Source: Lama guanicoe (lineage: Eukaryota). Taken from it: 64,000 nucleotides of DNA. Made by a program: the position numbers and the translations under genes. This document shows, in pieces, positions 60,211 to 64,000 of this stretch. The stretch is taken from positions 2,755,567 to 2,819,566 of the forward strand of contig MU053629.1 of NCBI GenBank assembly GCA_013239625.1, in the 5' to 3' direction. Numbering within the stretch: the stretch's first letter is position 1; every line of letters begins with the position of its first letter. The notes under the pieces are model-generated. The model made no database searches and had not been told where the DNA came from. It was given only the letters and a program-made list of their open reading frames with translations.

Positions 60211-61358
60211 TCACAGTCACCTGGTGAGGCAGGTGGGGCAGGGAGCAGTCAGGGTTGCATCTGACAGATGGAGAAAGCAGCTGCGTAGCTCAGCAGAGCT
60301 GGGACAGGAGCTCAGAGCTCTTGCTCTTGGAGCCAGGAAAGGAATAACCCGGCCTCCGACACATCACCCCATTCTTCCTGTCAGATCAAACCCACCCTCC
60401 GGGCAGAGGACTGGCAGGGCCATGAGTAGACTTGGAGTCCGGACTTGCAGTCAACAGTCATAGTTTCTAGTTCCAGTGCTGCCATCAGTGCGCTGTGTGA
60501 CTTTGGGCAAGTCCCTTCTCCAGAGGGCTTCGGTTCCCATCTGGGAAAGGCAGAGGTTGGGCTCGAGTTTCTGCCAGGTTGGCAGCCCCCCAACACTAAT
60601 TCCCTGCCAAGCTCTCAGCGTGACCCTGGGTCCCTGGGTTTATATGCTGAATACCCGACTTGTCCAGTAGGTGGAGGCAGAGACCCCGGGAGCTGGAGAG
60701 ACAGCAAACCAGACTGAGAGAGAGCAGCTCACCAGCTAAGCCCGGGAAGCAGGGTGGGAGGGGAGGAGGCCAGGATGGGAAGAGATGTGTGGAGGGGTGG
60801 GAGGTGGAGGGAGATGCCATGGCAAGTGAGGGGCCCTTGGGGGAGGCCTGAAGTGAGATCCAGCGAGTACCCACTAGGCACCAGGCACTTCCCAACCCTA
60901 TCTCAGCTATCCTCACCACCTCCCTGAGCTGGACATTTGATAAGGAGCCCAGGGTCACGCAGATGGAGAGTAGAGAAGCCAGGATTCAAGCCAGGTCATT
61001 CTGACCCCAAAGCCTGCGCCCTTCCTACTGCGTCACACTGGGACAAGAGCTTTTCAGAGAAATGCAGAAAACAGGAGCCCCAGACCACAGGGAGCCAGTG
61101 CCCAGCAAGTGAATCCCCCAGTGCCCAGAGCATTCGGGGCACACAGGTGGGCGAGGACTAGGGCTTCAGGGCACCACACCCATCCTCAGACGCCTCACCT
61201 CTTAAGCCCTGCAAGTGCCATCCAACCCAAAGGGAACACACAGAGCTTCTGTAGGAAGGGAGCCCTGGACCAGGAGTCTTGGGTTCCTGCCCCAGTTTTA
61301 TCTCTGACTCGCTGGGTGGCACTGCCTTCTCTGGGCTTCATCACCTCCCTGTCACCTA

Positions 61359-61649
<291 letters not shown>

Positions 61650-61667
61650 TCACTTTCAAGCTTCCTT

Positions 61668-62300
61668 CCTAATAAAAGAAATGCAAATTGAAACTACAAT
61701 ATACCATTTTCATCTATCAGATTAACAAAGGTCAAAAGGTTTCAAAACACCCTTCATGGATGAGGGATTGGGGGAAGGCAGTCCTGCCTTGTTGGTGGCC
61801 ATACCAACTGATACACCCTCTTCCAGGGGCAAGCTGGTGATATCTTAAAATCAAAGCTGCATGTGCCTTTTGACCCAGCAACATCGCTTCGAGGACTTCA
61901 TGCCATGGATATTCTCATACACATACACAAAAACGCACGAAAATGATACCCACTCCAGCACGGTCTATAATAGCAAAAGACTGGAAACAATCCAAGAGTC
62001 CATCTGTAGGGTGGGAATTAGCTAAATCTGTTTGGATACATTCATACAATGGAATGCTAGGCAGCTGTTAAAAGGAGGCAGCTCCATGTGGGCTGATATA
62101 GGACCATCTCCAAAATGTGTACCGTACAGGACCGTGTATAGGGGATGCGTTCACTTATATGTTTGCACTGAATGTCCTTGGTCATCGTAGTTGTCTCTAG
62201 GGAGGGGACCTGGGAGCCTGGGAGCCTGGGAGCCTGGGAGCTGTCAGTAGGAGACGTTTTATTATATAAACTTCTTTATAGTTTGAATTTGTTTACCCCT
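61668..62300 (+). mobile_element. Old degenerate L1 3' fragment
   Basis: AAAGAAATGCAAATTGAAACTACAAT..TTTGACCCAGCAA..ACTGGAAACAATCCAA..CATACAATGGAATGCTAG. Confidence 0.7.
62209..62241. repeat. (CCTGGGAG)4 tandem repeat
   Basis: Seen directly. Confidence 0.9.
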
Positions 62301-64000
62301 GCCTATATTACCTCCCTCCTCCCCTAATAAAATCCCTTGTATCTCATCTGACCCCCGAAACAAGCCCAAGAGATAGAGAGGATCACAGACTTCATTTTAT
62401 TGGTGACAAAACTTGGAGGTCTTAAGTCTTGGAGGGAGTAGGGTATTTTCCCAGGGTCTCACAGCTGGGGCAGAATTAAAACTGGAACCCAGGTCTTCCG
62501 GTGCCAAATCCCATGTTCCTTCCGCCTGCCTGTCTCAGCAGCCATTAGATGGCCGAGAGTGCCAATGGAAGGGACGTGGTCCTCAGCAAGCCCCTGTCAA
62601 CACATACGTGACTGCGGAGGGGCAGGACGGATGAGGGTGGTGCTCTCTGCCCTTTTGGTTAGATAGCTGGAAAGTGGTTTGGGCTAGAAGGGCCCAGAGA
62701 CACTGCTTGAGACACAATGCAATCCAAGGTAGGGCAGTGTCCAGGGAAGCCGGGGTGGTGGGGAGCAGAATGGGCTCTGGCCCAAGCAGGGTGGGGAGTG
62801 GGTCCTCCCGAATCCTCTAGCTGGGACCCCTGCAGGGTCAGCTCGAGGGTGAGAGTTCAGTTTCTCACCAGAACAAATGGTGCTGGTCCCTGGATAATAG
62901 GCTGGGCCGAGGTCAGGGAGGGAATGGGGCAGCTGTGCACTTGGTGAAGATCCCTTGGCTCGTGGGGAAAGCGGGCTATGAGAAAATCTAAACACAGGAG
63001 AGGAGAGCTAGCTCGAGGGTGTGGGGAGAGAGTTCTGGCCATGGGCCTGGAAATCTGCTGTGGCCCAAAGACTTAGACAAAAAACGTGAACCTGCATCAC
63101 TCCTTCCTTCACCCCACAGGCACATTCACCTCTGCCCCAGCATCTTACCCTCAGCTCCAAGAGCTGCGGGGGCCAGCCGGGGAGAGGGGACAAGGAGGCA
63201 CAGGGTGGCTGGAGGGAAAATCCTGGGCCAGGACCCAGCCTGCTGCCATGGAAAACTCAATGGGAAAGGACAGCAGGACCCATCTGGGAAACCAGGCCCC
63301 CATCCCCAGCCAGGTCTCCCCCATCTAATATTCTCTGCCTCTTAGACCCTTCCTCCTGCCTCAGTCAAGCTAGCTGAGTGTGCCGGCAGGGTTCCCACCA
63401 GGAGCTGCCCACACTCCCTAATCCTAAATTTTCCCAGTCTTTTCAGGGAAATTGTACCCATGAGCTAATATTTCCCTTGACAAGTAACACTGCCTTAATT
63501 ATGTATGTTGAAGGAACAAACAAAGGAATGAATGAAGGAAGGAGTGGGTACCTTTTCTCAGGAGTGGTGCAGTTGCTACAGCCAACAGAAGTGAGACGGA
63601 ACCTCTTTCAATATTTATCTAAAATCTTTTCTAAAAAAAAAAAACTTTTCTATTCTGTTAAAATGTGTTTTTAAAAGCTCTGCCCTTGGAAGGATGGCCA
63701 AGATATATTGGTTAGTGGGGGTGGGGGGGGAGGAATCACAAAACAATGTTTATGAAGCAATTCTATTTTTGGAAAATAGATAAATGATATGCTAGGATGT
63801 GTGCAGAAAAAGTCAAGGATGGCAAAGCTCACGTCATTCATGGAGGTTTTCTCTGGGGGCAGGATTACTGTGGACTCCTGTCTGTTGTGTTTTAAAAATG
63901 TTTTGTTATAGTGAATATTTATCAGTGTGGAAATATAAAACTTAAAAAAAATTTAAATGGAAAAAAAGCATGTGCGCTTGTACATTTGTTTTGTAACTCC

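Overview
Mammalian genomic DNA, probably from a camelid given its tRNA-derived SINE family. The window holds the tandem DCC/neogenin-family paralogues IGDCC4 (NOPE) and IGDCC3 (PUNC), both on the minus strand. IGDCC3 is complete: 14 coding exons, 621..38732, 2400 nt, 799 aa (signal peptide, 4 Ig, 2 FN3, TM, cytoplasmic tail). IGDCC4 is present from inferred exon 4 (61551) to its stop codon (44577); its first exons lie beyond the right edge. The rest is intronic or intergenic, with CpG islands, MIR/L1/MER/LTR repeats, microsatellites and one 50-N gap. The main anomaly is IGDCC4 exon 6, which has lost its last ~10 codons and its splice donor (a real deletion or an assembly collapse). Other points of note: a GC-AG intron in IGDCC3 at a position where IGDCC4 has no intron (166+248=414 nt), a young SINE inserted in the IGDCC3 exon-3 polypyrimidine tract, two tandem uORFs in frame with the IGDCC3 start codon, let-7 8mer sites in both 3' UTRs, and a perfect DR5 element. 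Exon boundaries were read by hand. Orthologue comparisons are from memory of the human proteins, not from a search. I found no convincing wholly new biological system.
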